Source of the DNA: an uncultured virus (IMG/VR IMGVR_UViG_3300026522_000846)
Lineage: Duplodnaviria; Heunggongvirae; Uroviricota; Caudoviricetes
Reading direction: 5' to 3' (one strand)
Length of the DNA stretch: 64,000 nt
Virus record (IMG/VR): IMGVR_UViG_3300026522_000846
Position numbers and translations under genes: made by a program. Below the pieces are notes generated by a model. That model did no database searches and had not been told where the DNA came from. It was given only the letters and a program-made list of their open reading frames with translations. Position 1 is the stretch's first letter. Every line of letters begins with the position of its first letter. Below are positions 28,442 through 38,667 of this stretch, piece after piece.

Positions 28442-28729
28442 ATGAAAATGTACGACCCACTTGAAAACAGAAGCGATGACAATATAAGGTCGTTTCATCT
28501 GTTCCAAAACAAAAACTTCTGGATAATCATTATCGTTGTGGTGCTTGGGATAATGTCACACATATTTATCCCTACCAACTATTCAACACCCCGTGAGGTT
28601 GTTGATCAGGCAAAAACATTTGTCAGCGAACTTAAAAGCGGACACTTTGACAGGGGAGAAAAGACAGATAAGGAAGAGAACTCCGACACCGTAGACGAAA
28701 ACGGTATGAATACATTAGGCGGAAAATGA
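28442..28729 (+). CDS. Small single-TM protein
   Basis: AAAGGA RBS; one hydrophobic helix. Confidence 0.7.
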   Translation: MKMYDPLENRSDDNIRSFHLFQNKNFWIIIIVVVLGIMSHIFIPTNYSTPREVVDQAKTFVSELKSGHFDRGEKTDKEENSDTVDENGMNTLGGK

Positions 28730-28859
28730 AGAATTGTACCCTTAAAAGTACAAAAATTTTTTCGAAATTTCTGCACGAATGACCTTTGTTTTACTCATAC
28801 ATAAAAACGGAAGGGGAATTATCCCCGAATAAGTTCACTTCAGTAGAGAGGAGATTTGT

Positions 28860-29783
28860 ATGAGTAAGACAAAAAAATTCAGAAAAAATGATTTAAAGGA
28901 AGCAATAATGAATGAGGAAGATGTGATAGTACAGACGCTTTCTCTTGACACAGATGATAAGAGAAGACGGTTTGTAATGCCACACATTTCAGCAATAGAA
29001 AAGCTTTATCGTGAGTTTGTGAAAAAGAACGGTTTTTGCCCCGTTAACAAACTTACAGGCGATGACTGGGCAAAACTTTTCAAACATTATCTTGAAAAGC
29101 AACTGAAGTCCGGTAATCCGTACTCGAATGACGCTGACACGGTAAAGGCGTATCTCACGACCAATTCTTTCATACAGGCAACGGAAGAGTGTTTTGGCGT
29201 GAAGATAAACAGAAAGATGGCAGGAATGGAGAGAAAAACGCACTGTCATTTCTGCGGAGCGATACTTGTTCCGGTAAAACAGATACAGACGTACAATGAT
29301 TTCGAGATGGAGTGCCGTCACGACATGAAACTGAATGACAACATCAAAGGCGAACGAACCATGATGAAGTGTCCTGTTTGCGGAAGAGAGGCTTGTGCAT
29401 ATCCGGGAACGAATATTCCGTCAAGCAAATTGGTAGGTCCGTATATTCGCTCGATTAGGATAGTCCTGCATGAGAACTTTGATCCCATGTGGTTTACACC
29501 GACGGCTTCAAAATTGGAGAACGATGCAAAACGGCAGTGTGCTTATCATACGCTTGCGTACTATGCAGGTATGCCTGTAAATAGAGTCCATTTTTCAAGG
29601 ATAGAGGGAATAAGGGACGCTGTCATGATCCTCAAGGCTGTTAACCAAATGAGAAAAGCACAAGGACTGCCTGTAAAGGATGAACTTCTGGAAGATGGTT
29701 CTCTTTGGCATAACGGAAGAATGGTAAAGAAGGCTTGTCCTGATAATTGGGTTCCTCTGATGACAGAGCAGTTTGCTGTCTGA
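28860..29783 (+). CDS. Zinc-finger protein, DUF3268-like C-terminal domain
   Basis: CHFCG...CPVCG...AYPGT...HENFDPMW...AYHTLA...HF. Confidence 0.65.
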   Translation: MSKTKKFRKNDLKEAIMNEEDVIVQTLSLDTDDKRRRFVMPHISAIEKLYREFVKKNGFCPVNKLTGDDWAKLFKHYLEKQLKSGNPYSNDADTVKAYLTTNSFIQATEECFGVKINRKMAGMERKTHCHFCGAILVPVKQIQTYNDFEMECRHDMKLNDNIKGERTMMKCPVCGREACAYPGTNIPSSKLVGPYIRSIRIVLHENFDPMWFTPTASKLENDAKRQCAYHTLAYYAGMPVNRVHFSRIEGIRDAVMILKAVNQMRKAQGLPVKDELLEDGSLWHNGRMVKKACPDNWVPLMTEQFAV

Positions 29784-29808
29784 ACTGAACATATAAGAAT
29801 TAATAGAT

Positions 29809-29843
29809 TAATGGAACGGTTCTAAAAGAGCCGTTCTATTTTT
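29809..29843. repeat. Single palindromic module, positioned as a terminator
   Basis: aatggaacggttctaaaagagccgttctatt followed by T-run. Confidence 0.75.
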
Positions 29844-29883
29844 AATTTTACTCATAAAAATTGTGGAAAGGAGAGTTGTGGCT

Positions 29884-30102
29884 ATGAACATCGAAGAATT
29901 CGAGATCACAGACGAAGAACAGAAAAATTGGGAACTGTATATCCAAAAGGAGTACGAACGTCTTGTTGAGAACAACACTGACCCCCTGACGGGCGATTAT
30001 GGAGACCCGTATAGGAACGTGAGAGATGACGACAAAGACGGACAGTACGACTATATGCAGACCGAAGAAAACAAAACAAATGTTTTAGGGATCGATTTAT
30101 AA
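29884..30102 (+). CDS. Small acidic hypothetical protein
   Basis: AAGGAG RBS; promoter-like motif 29846-29856. Confidence 0.65.
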   Translation: MNIEEFEITDEEQKNWELYIQKEYERLVENNTDPLTGDYGDPYRNVRDDDKDGQYDYMQTEENKTNVLGIDL

Positions 30103-30116
30103 AAAGGAGATCAAGT

Positions 30117-30767
30117 ATGAGCAAGAACACACTTAAACTTAATTTAGAAAAATATGAATTTGCAGCGGTACTGCCGTGCCTTCTGAACCCGGAAAGCGAC
30201 CTGTCTAACATACCGCACACATGGATGAATGACCTTGCCGTCGGCTATCAGCTTGTTACCGGCGATGGTGAAGCGAAAAAGCATCATTACATAATCACAA
30301 AGGATGAGGCTACCGTCGAGGAACTCGCCGAAATGGTCAAAAAAACACCGAGAGATGCTTATGAGGTCAGCGTTGTCCCAATAGAAAATATCGTTGGTGT
30401 AGTACCCGGACTCGAGTCCGGACTTCTTGTTGTATCGAATGCTGATGGCGCGCTTGGTGCAGGTGTGATAGCTGCGGACGGTCTACTTGACGAACTGGCA
30501 AACAAAATAGGTGGGAGCTTTTATATGTTGCCGTCAAGCATACACGAGGTGCTGATCATGAAAGACTCCAAAATACCCGGATTCAGCGACGATATTGAAG
30601 AGATAGCGAAAAGACTGAACGAAATGGTTCGGGAAGTAAATGAGAACGAAGTAAAGCCTGAAGATGTTCTTTCCGATCACGCATATCACTATGACGCAAA
30701 GGAACGTCTGTTCGAAACAGCCGACGAGTATGCAGAAAGAGAAAAGGGACTGGAGGAGTCGCTATGA
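30117..30767 (+). CDS. DUF5688-family protein
   Basis: GAGVI, FYMLPSSIHEVLI, MVREVN..EV.PEDVLSDHAYHYD. Confidence 0.8.
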   Translation: MSKNTLKLNLEKYEFAAVLPCLLNPESDLSNIPHTWMNDLAVGYQLVTGDGEAKKHHYIITKDEATVEELAEMVKKTPRDAYEVSVVPIENIVGVVPGLESGLLVVSNADGALGAGVIAADGLLDELANKIGGSFYMLPSSIHEVLIMKDSKIPGFSDDIEEIAKRLNEMVREVNENEVKPEDVLSDHAYHYDAKERLFETADEYAEREKGLEESL

Positions 30768-30769
30768 CT

Positions 30770-30877
30770 AATGGAAAGGGACTTTAGTCCCTTTCCTAGG
30801 AACGAATGTTTTCTGAACCTTTGCGAGGCAAAGGTTCAGCGTTAAAGACTGTAAGTCGAACTTACATTCGTTCCATC
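30770..30877. repeat. Nested palindrome cluster (intergenic)
   Basis: ggaaagggactttagtccctttcc-ta-ggaacgaatgt[tgaacctttgcgaggcaaaggttca + gttaaagactgtaagtcgaac]acattcgttcc. Confidence 0.9.
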
Positions 30878-30969
30878 GAACAGAATTGTTAATTTTTTTT
30901 CTCAAAAATCTGCTTTCTTCTTAATTTTTTAATCATAAAAAAGATAGAAGTAGAAAAATTCGTTCTACT

Positions 30970-31026
30970 AATGGAGCGAATCGCAGATTCGCTCCTAGGA
31001 ACGATTCCTTTAGAATCGTTCCATTA
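30970..31026. repeat. Palindromic module pair in the 5' leader of the topoisomerase gene
   Basis: aatggagcgaatcgcagattcgctcc-ta-ggaacgattcctttagaatcgttccatt. Confidence 0.9.
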
Positions 31027-31054
31027 GAAGAAACACAGAATAAAGGAGAAATTT

Positions 31055-33094
31055 ATGAGGTATTTACTGATAGCTGAAAAACCAAGCCTTATGCGTACCA
31101 TTCAGGACGTATATAAGAAGCACAAAAGCGAGATCGGGTATGACTGTGACTTTCTGGCACAGGCAGGTCACATCATGCGGCTGAAACAGCCCAAGGAACT
31201 CAACTCGAAATACGGAAAGTGGACAAGGGAAAACTATCCTATGGATCTGACCTACTGTTATCGGGTTATCGAGGGCAAGGAAGAACTGTATAAGAAAATC
31301 AAGACCGCCATAGAGTTGGGGAAGTACGACAGGATAATCCATGCAGGAGACCCCGATCAGGAGGGAGAGCTTTTGGTACGGCTTCCGCTCATGCACATGA
31401 AGAACACACTGCCTATTGACAGGTTCTGGTCAAACGACCTGACAGAGGGTGCGGTGCTTTATGCTCTGACACATCTTAAGGACGACAAAGAGTTTGACGG
31501 ATATTATCAGGCAGCTCTTCTGCGTCAGCACATGGATTATCAGTACGGCATGAACCTTACAGGCGTTATGACGCTTGCTATGGGTCCAGTAATAAAGATA
31601 GGGCGTGTGAAAGCACCGATCATACATATCATTGCTGCAAGGGAAAAGGAAATCGAGGACTTTGAACCGCATAGCGATTATGTGCATGAAGCCAACGTGA
31701 AGGGTTTCCGATTCCTTGGTGAGACGAAATATACAACAGACGCTGAAGCAAAGAAAACGCTTCCCTCGAGGTTTGCTATTACGAGTGTGACTGATAAGGA
31801 AACAAAACGGAAAGCGGGAAAGCTATATAAGCTGTCCACCTTGCAGGCCGCTGCGTCATCTCTGTACGGATTTTCAGGAAGTAAGACACTTTCCATTTGT
31901 CAGAGTTTGTACGAAAAAAAGTACACTTCATATCCCAGAACAGACTGTGAATATCTCGCAAGCCATACTGATGCAGAGGGCATTTTGCGGAATCTGGGTG
32001 ACAGGATAAATCTCTCGAAATATCCGTTGCGGAAGATAGGGGATGTAAAGAAAGACGGTTCTTACTTCAATGATAAGGCGATCGGTTCAGAAGGACATAC
32101 CGCTCTGATCCCGACAGGTGAGATACCGAGAGGATTAAGCGGTGATGAAGAAAAGATATTCGATCTGATCTTGCGGAAATTTGCAAGTATCTTTGGAATG
32201 CCAAAGACGGTACGAACCGTGAAGGCTGATGGTGTGAGCGAAAGCAGAGAGAAGTATTCCATGACCGCAGAGGAGGTTCTTGATCCCGGATTTGAGCTTA
32301 TTCTGAATCCTGATTATAAAGGCTCTGTATGTCCGAAAGAACACTTAACAAAGGGTATCTGCGATTCGAAAGACGTTACCTTTGCCACACATGAGATCAA
32401 GGCAAAGTGTCCGAACAGATATACCGACGGTACACTGATTTCCGCTCTTGACCATCCGGTGAATCTGTCAAAGAAACTTGATGAGAATGCAGATGAGACG
32501 AGCGACTATAAGATCGGTACTCCTGCTACAAGGTCGAACATTATTGATGACTGCATAAAGACAGGATATTTCAGGAGAGATAGGGGAAAGTTCGTATGTG
32601 AACCCCTCGCCATGACCTTAATGAAACAGCTTGGATGGGTAAAGATATTCGATATTCAGACCACTGCAAAATGGGAGCATGACCTGTCGAGAGTAAGAAA
32701 CAATGAAGAAACACCGAAGTCAGTCGAAAAGACAATGATGGACACTCTTGACGAGACGATAGATGAAGTGCTTCATGCCGACATCAAGAAGATCGCCTCC
32801 GGCTATCCCGGCGGTAAGCGGACTCCGATCGGGAAGTGCCCTCTTTGCGGTGGAGACGTGTATGAATACACAAAGTCCTTTGGATGCAGCAACTGGAAGT
32901 CGAAGGGTTGTCCTTTCACCCTCTGGAAGAGAAGTTTCATGGACTATTCTATCACAAAGACCGATGCCAAGAAACTGATCGAAGGAAAGACCATCAAGAA
33001 GGTCGTCACATCGAAGAAGGGCAATCATTGGGAACAGGAACTGTTCTATAACAAAGACACGAACAAAGTTGAATTTTACGGATATAAGAAATGA
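31055..33094 (+). CDS. topB: Type IA DNA topoisomerase (Topo III-like) with C-terminal Zn-ribbon/C-terminal repeat
   Basis: LLIAEKPS, AGDPDQEGE, GRVKAP, YTSYPRTD, IGTPATRSNII, CPLCGG...FGCSNW. Confidence 0.92.
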   Translation: MRYLLIAEKPSLMRTIQDVYKKHKSEIGYDCDFLAQAGHIMRLKQPKELNSKYGKWTRENYPMDLTYCYRVIEGKEELYKKIKTAIELGKYDRIIHAGDPDQEGELLVRLPLMHMKNTLPIDRFWSNDLTEGAVLYALTHLKDDKEFDGYYQAALLRQHMDYQYGMNLTGVMTLAMGPVIKIGRVKAPIIHIIAAREKEIEDFEPHSDYVHEANVKGFRFLGETKYTTDAEAKKTLPSRFAITSVTDKETKRKAGKLYKLSTLQAAASSLYGFSGSKTLSICQSLYEKKYTSYPRTDCEYLASHTDAEGILRNLGDRINLSKYPLRKIGDVKKDGSYFNDKAIGSEGHTALIPTGEIPRGLSGDEEKIFDLILRKFASIFGMPKTVRTVKADGVSESREKYSMTAEEVLDPGFELILNPDYKGSVCPKEHLTKGICDSKDVTFATHEIKAKCPNRYTDGTLISALDHPVNLSKKLDENADETSDYKIGTPATRSNIIDDCIKTGYFRRDRGKFVCEPLAMTLMKQLGWVKIFDIQTTAKWEHDLSRVRNNEETPKSVEKTMMDTLDETIDEVLHADIKKIASGYPGGKRTPIGKCPLCGGDVYEYTKSFGCSNWKSKGCPFTLWKRSFMDYSITKTDAKKLIEGKTIKKVVTSKKGNHWEQELFYNKDTNKVEFYGYKK

Positions 33095-33824
33095 GGTAAT
33101 CATTACGATTTATCGAGATGGACCATTAGAGATAGAAACAGAACCGAAAATTAGAACGTTCTTATCTGCTACAGAAGAAGAAATCAAAGAACATGGTTTT
33201 GCTTTGCATTACACAATAGTGGAGCATTCTTTTGACGACTCTACAAGCAAAACGCCTTTCGGTTTCTATGTTGTCATGTGTCGAGACGGTGATTATCAGA
33301 CAGTATTCGGAAACAAGGCAGATGTCGGGACAAGACTCACATATAGCACATGGAATAAAGAAGCATCATTGTATGTGTATTCTCACATTCGACCAAGAAG
33401 GCTAAAAGGCTCAAATACGCTTGGCAATCATAAAAAAACGAAACGGTGTTTTGCCATTGTTGAATTCCGAAAAGAAACAGGAGACCTGCTTTGTGACCTG
33501 TCAGATGTGGAAGATGCAACAAAGATGACAGAGCTTATCAAAGAAACTGCGGACAAAGAAAAGGCGGTTCATAACAAATCTGTCTTGGCTGTACATACCG
33601 CGATCACGAAGAAACAGGATGGACTTTATCATGCTCTGATCTACTTCAGCATCGGATCTCCTGCTCGGGTATTAGCCGATGAGATTGTTACGATAGAGCG
33701 AAACATTCCCGCGAAGAATATGAAGGAATTCTTGTCTGGATTACAGGAAGCAGAACTTTCTTATATCAACAAACGACTGGAATCTCTGAAAGAAGAAGAA
33801 AAATCGGAAGAAATAGAAAGGTGA
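33069..33824 (+). CDS. Hypothetical protein, paralogue 1 of a tandem trio (ends SEEIER)
   Basis: YRDGPLEI...ETGDLLCDLSDV...PAKNMKEFL; start may be ATT at 33102. Confidence 0.7.
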   Translation: MNFTDIRNEVIITIYRDGPLEIETEPKIRTFLSATEEEIKEHGFALHYTIVEHSFDDSTSKTPFGFYVVMCRDGDYQTVFGNKADVGTRLTYSTWNKEASLYVYSHIRPRRLKGSNTLGNHKKTKRCFAIVEFRKETGDLLCDLSDVEDATKMTELIKETADKEKAVHNKSVLAVHTAITKKQDGLYHALIYFSIGSPARVLADEIVTIERNIPAKNMKEFLSGLQEAELSYINKRLESLKEEEKSEEIER

Positions 33825-33829
33825 TTCTT

Positions 33830-34681
33830 ATGGCATTGTATAAAGATGGACCAATAGAGGTAGGATTAGACTCCTACGGAATACAAGAACTGAAGACAGT
33901 TTTGGGTGCTACAGAAGAACAGATTCAGGCAAATGGGTATGAAACATACTTTAGGTGCGGATACTATGACATAGATTGTGAACCGATCGAAGATCCGTTC
34001 GATGGACCGACTCTTGTCGATCCACACCCATTTGCTATGCCGGTTTTCTGGCTCATAATGAGCAAAACCACATGGGAATCTCCTGCTGTGCTTTTCAGAT
34101 ATAGTTCCATTGGTCGGTTAACACAACTGGATATAGTAAGAAACCGAACTGCCTTAACTATAATCCCGCATAAATTTCGATTTTATAGAGAAGCAGGAGA
34201 TCTGATACGAACCCTGTCAGATGTGGAAGATGTAGCCAAAATGGTAGAGCCGATCAAAATAAAGAAAGGTGTGCCAAATCTCTCACAGATCAATGTCGAT
34301 GTGACAAAAGACCAAGAAAACCCTTTTGAAAAGGATACCTATCACGTTCACTTTATCGGAGAGACACCTTATTGGGAAAAGAACGCCATTCAAACCGATT
34401 TGGTCAAATTGGACATCCACGCTAATAACATGAAAGAATTCCTGTCCCAATTACAGAAGGCAGAGCTTTCTTATGTAAATGAACAATCAAAGCATTGGGA
34501 AGAAGAACATACTGTAGAAACAAAGGCGGGAAATCCCAACATAACTCCGTATGAAGAGTTTATTAAATGGAACGGTTCTAAGGATAAAGAACCGACCACG
34601 ACAGAAATTGATTTTATACATAAAGATAATGACCTACCGTTTCAAGAATACGAAGACATGAACAATGATAAAGGAAGGTGA
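33830..34681 (+). CDS. Hypothetical protein, paralogue 2 of the trio
   Basis: YKDGPIEV...EAGDLIRTLSDV...HANNMKEFL. Confidence 0.75.
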   Translation: MALYKDGPIEVGLDSYGIQELKTVLGATEEQIQANGYETYFRCGYYDIDCEPIEDPFDGPTLVDPHPFAMPVFWLIMSKTTWESPAVLFRYSSIGRLTQLDIVRNRTALTIIPHKFRFYREAGDLIRTLSDVEDVAKMVEPIKIKKGVPNLSQINVDVTKDQENPFEKDTYHVHFIGETPYWEKNAIQTDLVKLDIHANNMKEFLSQLQKAELSYVNEQSKHWEEEHTVETKAGNPNITPYEEFIKWNGSKDKEPTTTEIDFIHKDNDLPFQEYEDMNNDKGR

Positions 34682-34687
34682 TTATTT

Positions 34688-34975
34688 ATGGTACTTGAAC
34701 TTGACCGTATTGAAGAACTGACAAATGACGGCGTGCTCGACCACAGTATTCTGGACGGCGTAAAAGCCGTTCAGGAGATGATGATAGAGAACGATCGAAG
34801 TGAGAACATTGAGGACGAAACAAGAAATGGAACGAATGTAAAGCATTCGTTCCTAGGAACGAACCAAGGGTTCGTTCCATTAAATGGAACGGTTCTTTCG
34901 GAACCGTTCCTAGGAGTGGATCAAAGATCCACTCCATTAAGCGATATTGAAGAGGAGGAAGCATGGCAGAGATGA
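34688..34975 (+). CDS. Small acidic protein, about 40% encoded by four palindromic modules
   Basis: GAAGGTG RBS; NGTNVKHSFLGTNQGFVPLNGTVLSEPFLGVDQRSTPL. Confidence 0.55.
   Translation: MVLELDRIEELTNDGVLDHSILDGVKAVQEMMIENDRSENIEDETRNGTNVKHSFLGTNQGFVPLNGTVLSEPFLGVDQRSTPLSDIEEEEAWQR
34826..34938. repeat. Four concatenated palindromic modules, in-frame in CDS
   Basis: Two CCTAGG-joined pairs linked by ccattaaatgg; 67 bp is the exact reverse complement of 49448-49514. Confidence 0.95.
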
Positions 34976-35547
34976 GATTTCGTAATGGTCCGGTCGACAT
35001 CAAAGTCACAGACGGTGTTCCAACGATAGAGCGTGTTCTACAGTCTGACGAATTAAGGATCAGACGGAATGGATTCGTGCCTGTTTACCATCCCGAATGT
35101 TATGAGATGACGGATAGAGGACTTGTCTATTCGAACATAGCACAGAAGAATATGCCGTTTTCCATGTATAGGTCGCTTGATGATCTGTACTTCGGATATG
35201 ACGGTTGGAACGGACAGATATATGTCACATTCAAAGGAACGAACCAAGGAAATGACATAAAGTATGACTTCGTGTTCAACGGAGCGGCGGGGGATCTGTT
35301 TTCCGACCTTGCGGATGTTTCAGCCGTAAAGGAAATGACAAAGAGCATATCCGATCCCGAGGTAGAAACGTTCTATGTCGCCGTCAATAAACAGAATGGT
35401 ATCTACCATGTAACGATAGGCAGGAAGTACGGACAGGCTGATGTCGAAAGAGACATAAGAGCAAAGAATATGAAAGACTTCCTAAATAAGATCGTGGAAC
35501 TGTTTCAGCTTGTAAAAGAAAGAATAGAAAGAGCGTTTGTGAGGTAA
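34963..35547 (+). CDS. Hypothetical protein, paralogue 3 of the trio
   Basis: FRNGPVDI...AAGDLFSDLADV...RAKNMKDFL. Confidence 0.75.
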   Translation: MAEMRFRNGPVDIKVTDGVPTIERVLQSDELRIRRNGFVPVYHPECYEMTDRGLVYSNIAQKNMPFSMYRSLDDLYFGYDGWNGQIYVTFKGTNQGNDIKYDFVFNGAAGDLFSDLADVSAVKEMTKSISDPEVETFYVAVNKQNGIYHVTIGRKYGQADVERDIRAKNMKDFLNKIVELFQLVKERIERAFVR

Positions 35548-35552
35548 TTGCT

Positions 35553-35915
35553 GTGGGGAAGACGTATCAGAATGTTGATGTATTAGCGGGTGCTGTTGTG
35601 GAGAGGGCATATGATGACTATAAGAACTGCCTGCAAGCCGTATTGAGAGATGAGAAAAAGATAGAAAAGGCAAGAGAAAATCATAATAGCAGACAGGAAC
35701 TGGCAGCCGAAGAATCCCTTACCAGACATAAGGAAGATCTGAAGGTTATCGAGAGAGAGTTAACAGGCAAAGGGGTTCAGATGTGGCTTGACGCTATGGG
35801 AATAAAGGAATCACCGGAAGAACTGAAGAGGGAGTTTGATGAACATCACCCCGACCTTTTCTACAAACCGAAAGAAGAGCAAGTCGAGGAGCTTGATGAC
35901 GAGCCTGAAAGATAA
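35553..35915 (+). CDS. Helical hypothetical protein ending ...DDEPER
   Basis: GAGGT RBS with GTG start. Confidence 0.7.
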   Translation: MGKTYQNVDVLAGAVVERAYDDYKNCLQAVLRDEKKIEKARENHNSRQELAAEESLTRHKEDLKVIERELTGKGVQMWLDAMGIKESPEELKREFDEHHPDLFYKPKEEQVEELDDEPER

Positions 35916-35998
35916 TTGTAACAACCTTAACGTTTTATTCATAAGTAGAGTGAGACAATGCTCACTCTACTTTTTTGATTAAAAGGAAAGGAAGTTAG

Positions 35999-36955
35999 AT
36001 GAAGAAAAATTATCGACCTCATAGCATAGACGGAAGAACTGTGTATTACTGGAGCAAAAATAATTCAGAGAAGATCCTGATCCCGCACAAAAGAGCAAGA
36101 CATCATTATCTTGTAGCTATCCCGTTCTATCTTTCCGTTTTCTTTGTTTCCGCAACAGTATTTCAGAACATGGGTGATAGAGCGATCGCAAGACACACAA
36201 GACAGCCAAGAACTATCATAGCAGGCGTTCCGCTTTATTCAGCGTACATGAGTAAGTCAAACGAAGTGTTTTTGAAAAGCCTTAATGTAAGCAGAACATC
36301 AAGCGGACATAAAGCAAAGAATAAGAGCGGGATATATACGGCAATGGAGGAACAGGAAAAGGCGAAGGAGTCAAAGGCGAGGATCGATGAGGAAGTCAGG
36401 ATCAGAGAGGAACAAGCCAAAGAGGAACAAATGAGGGCAGAAGCCGAAGCCGAGGCTGCAAGACAGGCTGAACTGCAAAGACAGGAAGAGGAACGGAAGA
36501 AAGCTGAAGAAGAAGCGAGAGAAAAGGCGTTGGCAGCCGAGGGGAATGTGCCGATGGAAGCAAACCGTTCTGCTCATCCTTATATGCCCTATACCGCCGT
36601 CACCAATCAGGGTTCAAGGCAGTATGCCGTGCTGAACGGAGCGGACGCATGGTCTGACCCCGCAACGGGACTTCGTATGGTAGGCGACCGTATCTGTATT
36701 GCCATCGGGCAGGGATATGGAATGAAAGCGGGGGATAAGGTAGATGTCGTTCTGGATGACGGATCCGTTGTGAAATGTATTCTGGGCGACATGAAGGCTC
36801 TGTGTGATACCGATCCGAACGGACTTTATCATAATACGGATAGGGACGTGGTAGAGATGATAGTAGACTACAATGTATTCTCGAGAAATTCCGATCAGTA
36901 TCTGACGGTGTTCCATGGACAGCCGGTAAAGAAATTAGTCAAGGTAGAGGGTTGA
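35999..36955 (+). CDS. Membrane-anchored coiled-coil protein with C-terminal beta-rich domain (possible cell-wall-active 3D/RlpA-like fold)
   Basis: TM, E/A/K-rich coil, GLRMVGDRICIAIG...GDKVDVVLDDG...ILGDMKA. Confidence 0.55.
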   Translation: MKKNYRPHSIDGRTVYYWSKNNSEKILIPHKRARHHYLVAIPFYLSVFFVSATVFQNMGDRAIARHTRQPRTIIAGVPLYSAYMSKSNEVFLKSLNVSRTSSGHKAKNKSGIYTAMEEQEKAKESKARIDEEVRIREEQAKEEQMRAEAEAEAARQAELQRQEEERKKAEEEAREKALAAEGNVPMEANRSAHPYMPYTAVTNQGSRQYAVLNGADAWSDPATGLRMVGDRICIAIGQGYGMKAGDKVDVVLDDGSVVKCILGDMKALCDTDPNGLYHNTDRDVVEMIVDYNVFSRNSDQYLTVFHGQPVKKLVKVEG

Positions 36956-37019
36956 GTTAATTTTGTCAACAGAATTAAATAGAAGAAGTAAGGAAGCCAG
37001 ATAAAAGGAGGCAGACGAC

Positions 37020-37355
37020 ATGAAGACTATTTGTGAAAAATTAAGAGAAGCAAGGCTCAAACTCGGCTTTTCGCAAGATTATGTGGCAAATTGCCTCGGA
37101 ATCAGCAGATCAGCCGTTACCCAGATCGAGTTTGGAAATCGGAAGGTAAACTCGGATGAGATAACAAGTTTTTGCAAGTTGTATCATCTTTCAGCCGACT
37201 ATCTGCTGAATACTGAAAATGTCGATACGAATCAGGTGGTTTTCGATCGTAATTTTAACGAACTTAAAGATGATGATCAGAAAGAAATATTGAACCTTGT
37301 TGCTTTCAAAAGAACTATGACAGAGCAACAGGGTGAAATGTCATTTGAAAGATAA
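37020..37355 (+). CDS. XRE-family HTH transcriptional regulator
   Basis: LREARLKLGFSQDYVANCLGISRSAVTQIEFGNRKV...SADYLL. Confidence 0.9.
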   Translation: MKTICEKLREARLKLGFSQDYVANCLGISRSAVTQIEFGNRKVNSDEITSFCKLYHLSADYLLNTENVDTNQVVFDRNFNELKDDDQKEILNLVAFKRTMTEQQGEMSFER

Positions 37356-37427
37356 AAAATTTTACAATTTCCTTGCAAATTTCCAAGTTTTTTACCCATA
37401 ATAATAACAGAAGAAGGAAACATATAT

Positions 37428-37483
37428 AATGGAATGAACCAAAGGCTCATTCCTAGGAACGATTCTTTCAGAATCGTTCCATT
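37428..37483. repeat. Palindromic module pair in a 5' leader
   Basis: aatggaatgaaccaaaggctcattcc-ta-ggaacgattctttcagaatcgttccatt. Confidence 0.9.
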
Positions 37484-37499
37484 GAAAGCGAGGACTATT

Positions 37500-38492
37500 A
37501 TGAAAAAGAAACTTATCATCGTTATTCTTGTAGCGGTACTGCTTACAGGTGCAGGTACGGTAGGTGTCTATCACCATAATCAGGTACAGAAAGCTAAAGC
37601 TATAGCAGTCGAGAAAGCAAAGGAAGAAAAGGAAAAAGACGCACGGTTTAAGAAGTTACAGTCGGAATACGATACAGCAGATATGCAGACTGAAAACTCT
37701 CTCTATCCCAATGCAGACGGAACCGTACCTGACGATGCGACCATGAATAGTAGCCGTGACGGAAAGAAAAAGGAACTCGTTGCCTTTCAGGAGAAAATCA
37801 AGAACAAGAAAATGACTAAAAAGGAAGAAACCGATTTCCATACCTTGGTGTCTTCCGTAAAAGACATCTACAATGCATCCAAGACTGCTGTTGACACCCT
37901 GCATACCGAGGTGGCAGGAATAGATCCGAACCAGTATGGCACATACTATACAGACGCTAATAAGACGGACACCGAAAAGAACCTGTCAGCCTATGATAAG
38001 GATTATAAAGACGGAAAGTACAGAGACGCCTATACAGACCTGACAAACGTAAAGACCATCTATGCAAGTGCAGACACGGCAAAGAAACAGGCAGAAGCGG
38101 CATTAGCCGCAAAGCAAGCGGAAGAACAGGCTGCACAGGCACAGAAGTCTGCACAGAAGTCTGCAAAGCAGTCGGCAAATAATTCTACAGGCAATACAGG
38201 GAAGCAGAGGAATACTGCCCCTCAACAGAATAATCAGCAGATGGTACAGCAGACTGCTCCATCAGCACAATCAGCACAACCCCAGACACAAGCTGATAAT
38301 AACGTAACATATACTGATCCTTATAATACGCCGGGTTATAGGAAAGCAAAAGAGTATGCGGATGCTCATGGATATCAAGTAAGTGCATGGTGGCTTGATG
38401 CCGGTAATGGCAAACATTATAGTTATAGCATACTTGATAACCAAAATAATATTACAGGCACAGGATTTTATGAAGATGGATCTATGTATTAA
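37500..38492 (+). CDS. Membrane-anchored/secreted coiled-coil protein with Q/A-rich linker
   Basis: MKKKLIIVILVAVLL N-terminus; GKYRDAYTDL resembles GKYKSAYMDA of 8490-9689. Confidence 0.75.
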   Translation: MKKKLIIVILVAVLLTGAGTVGVYHHNQVQKAKAIAVEKAKEEKEKDARFKKLQSEYDTADMQTENSLYPNADGTVPDDATMNSSRDGKKKELVAFQEKIKNKKMTKKEETDFHTLVSSVKDIYNASKTAVDTLHTEVAGIDPNQYGTYYTDANKTDTEKNLSAYDKDYKDGKYRDAYTDLTNVKTIYASADTAKKQAEAALAAKQAEEQAAQAQKSAQKSAKQSANNSTGNTGKQRNTAPQQNNQQMVQQTAPSAQSAQPQTQADNNVTYTDPYNTPGYRKAKEYADAHGYQVSAWWLDAGNGKHYSYSILDNQNNITGTGFYEDGSMY

Positions 38493-38667
38493 GGATATAA
38501 TGCTTTCTTTTTTCTAAAATACATATCGCATCAATTTCGTTTCGATTTATAAGGCATACCGAAGTATGCCTTATTTTTTTTGTTTTTAGGCAGATTTTTT
38601 TCGTTAGATTTTATTCATAAAAAATGAAGGCTATACTTTTCATATTTTTTAGAAAGGAAAGAGGTTT

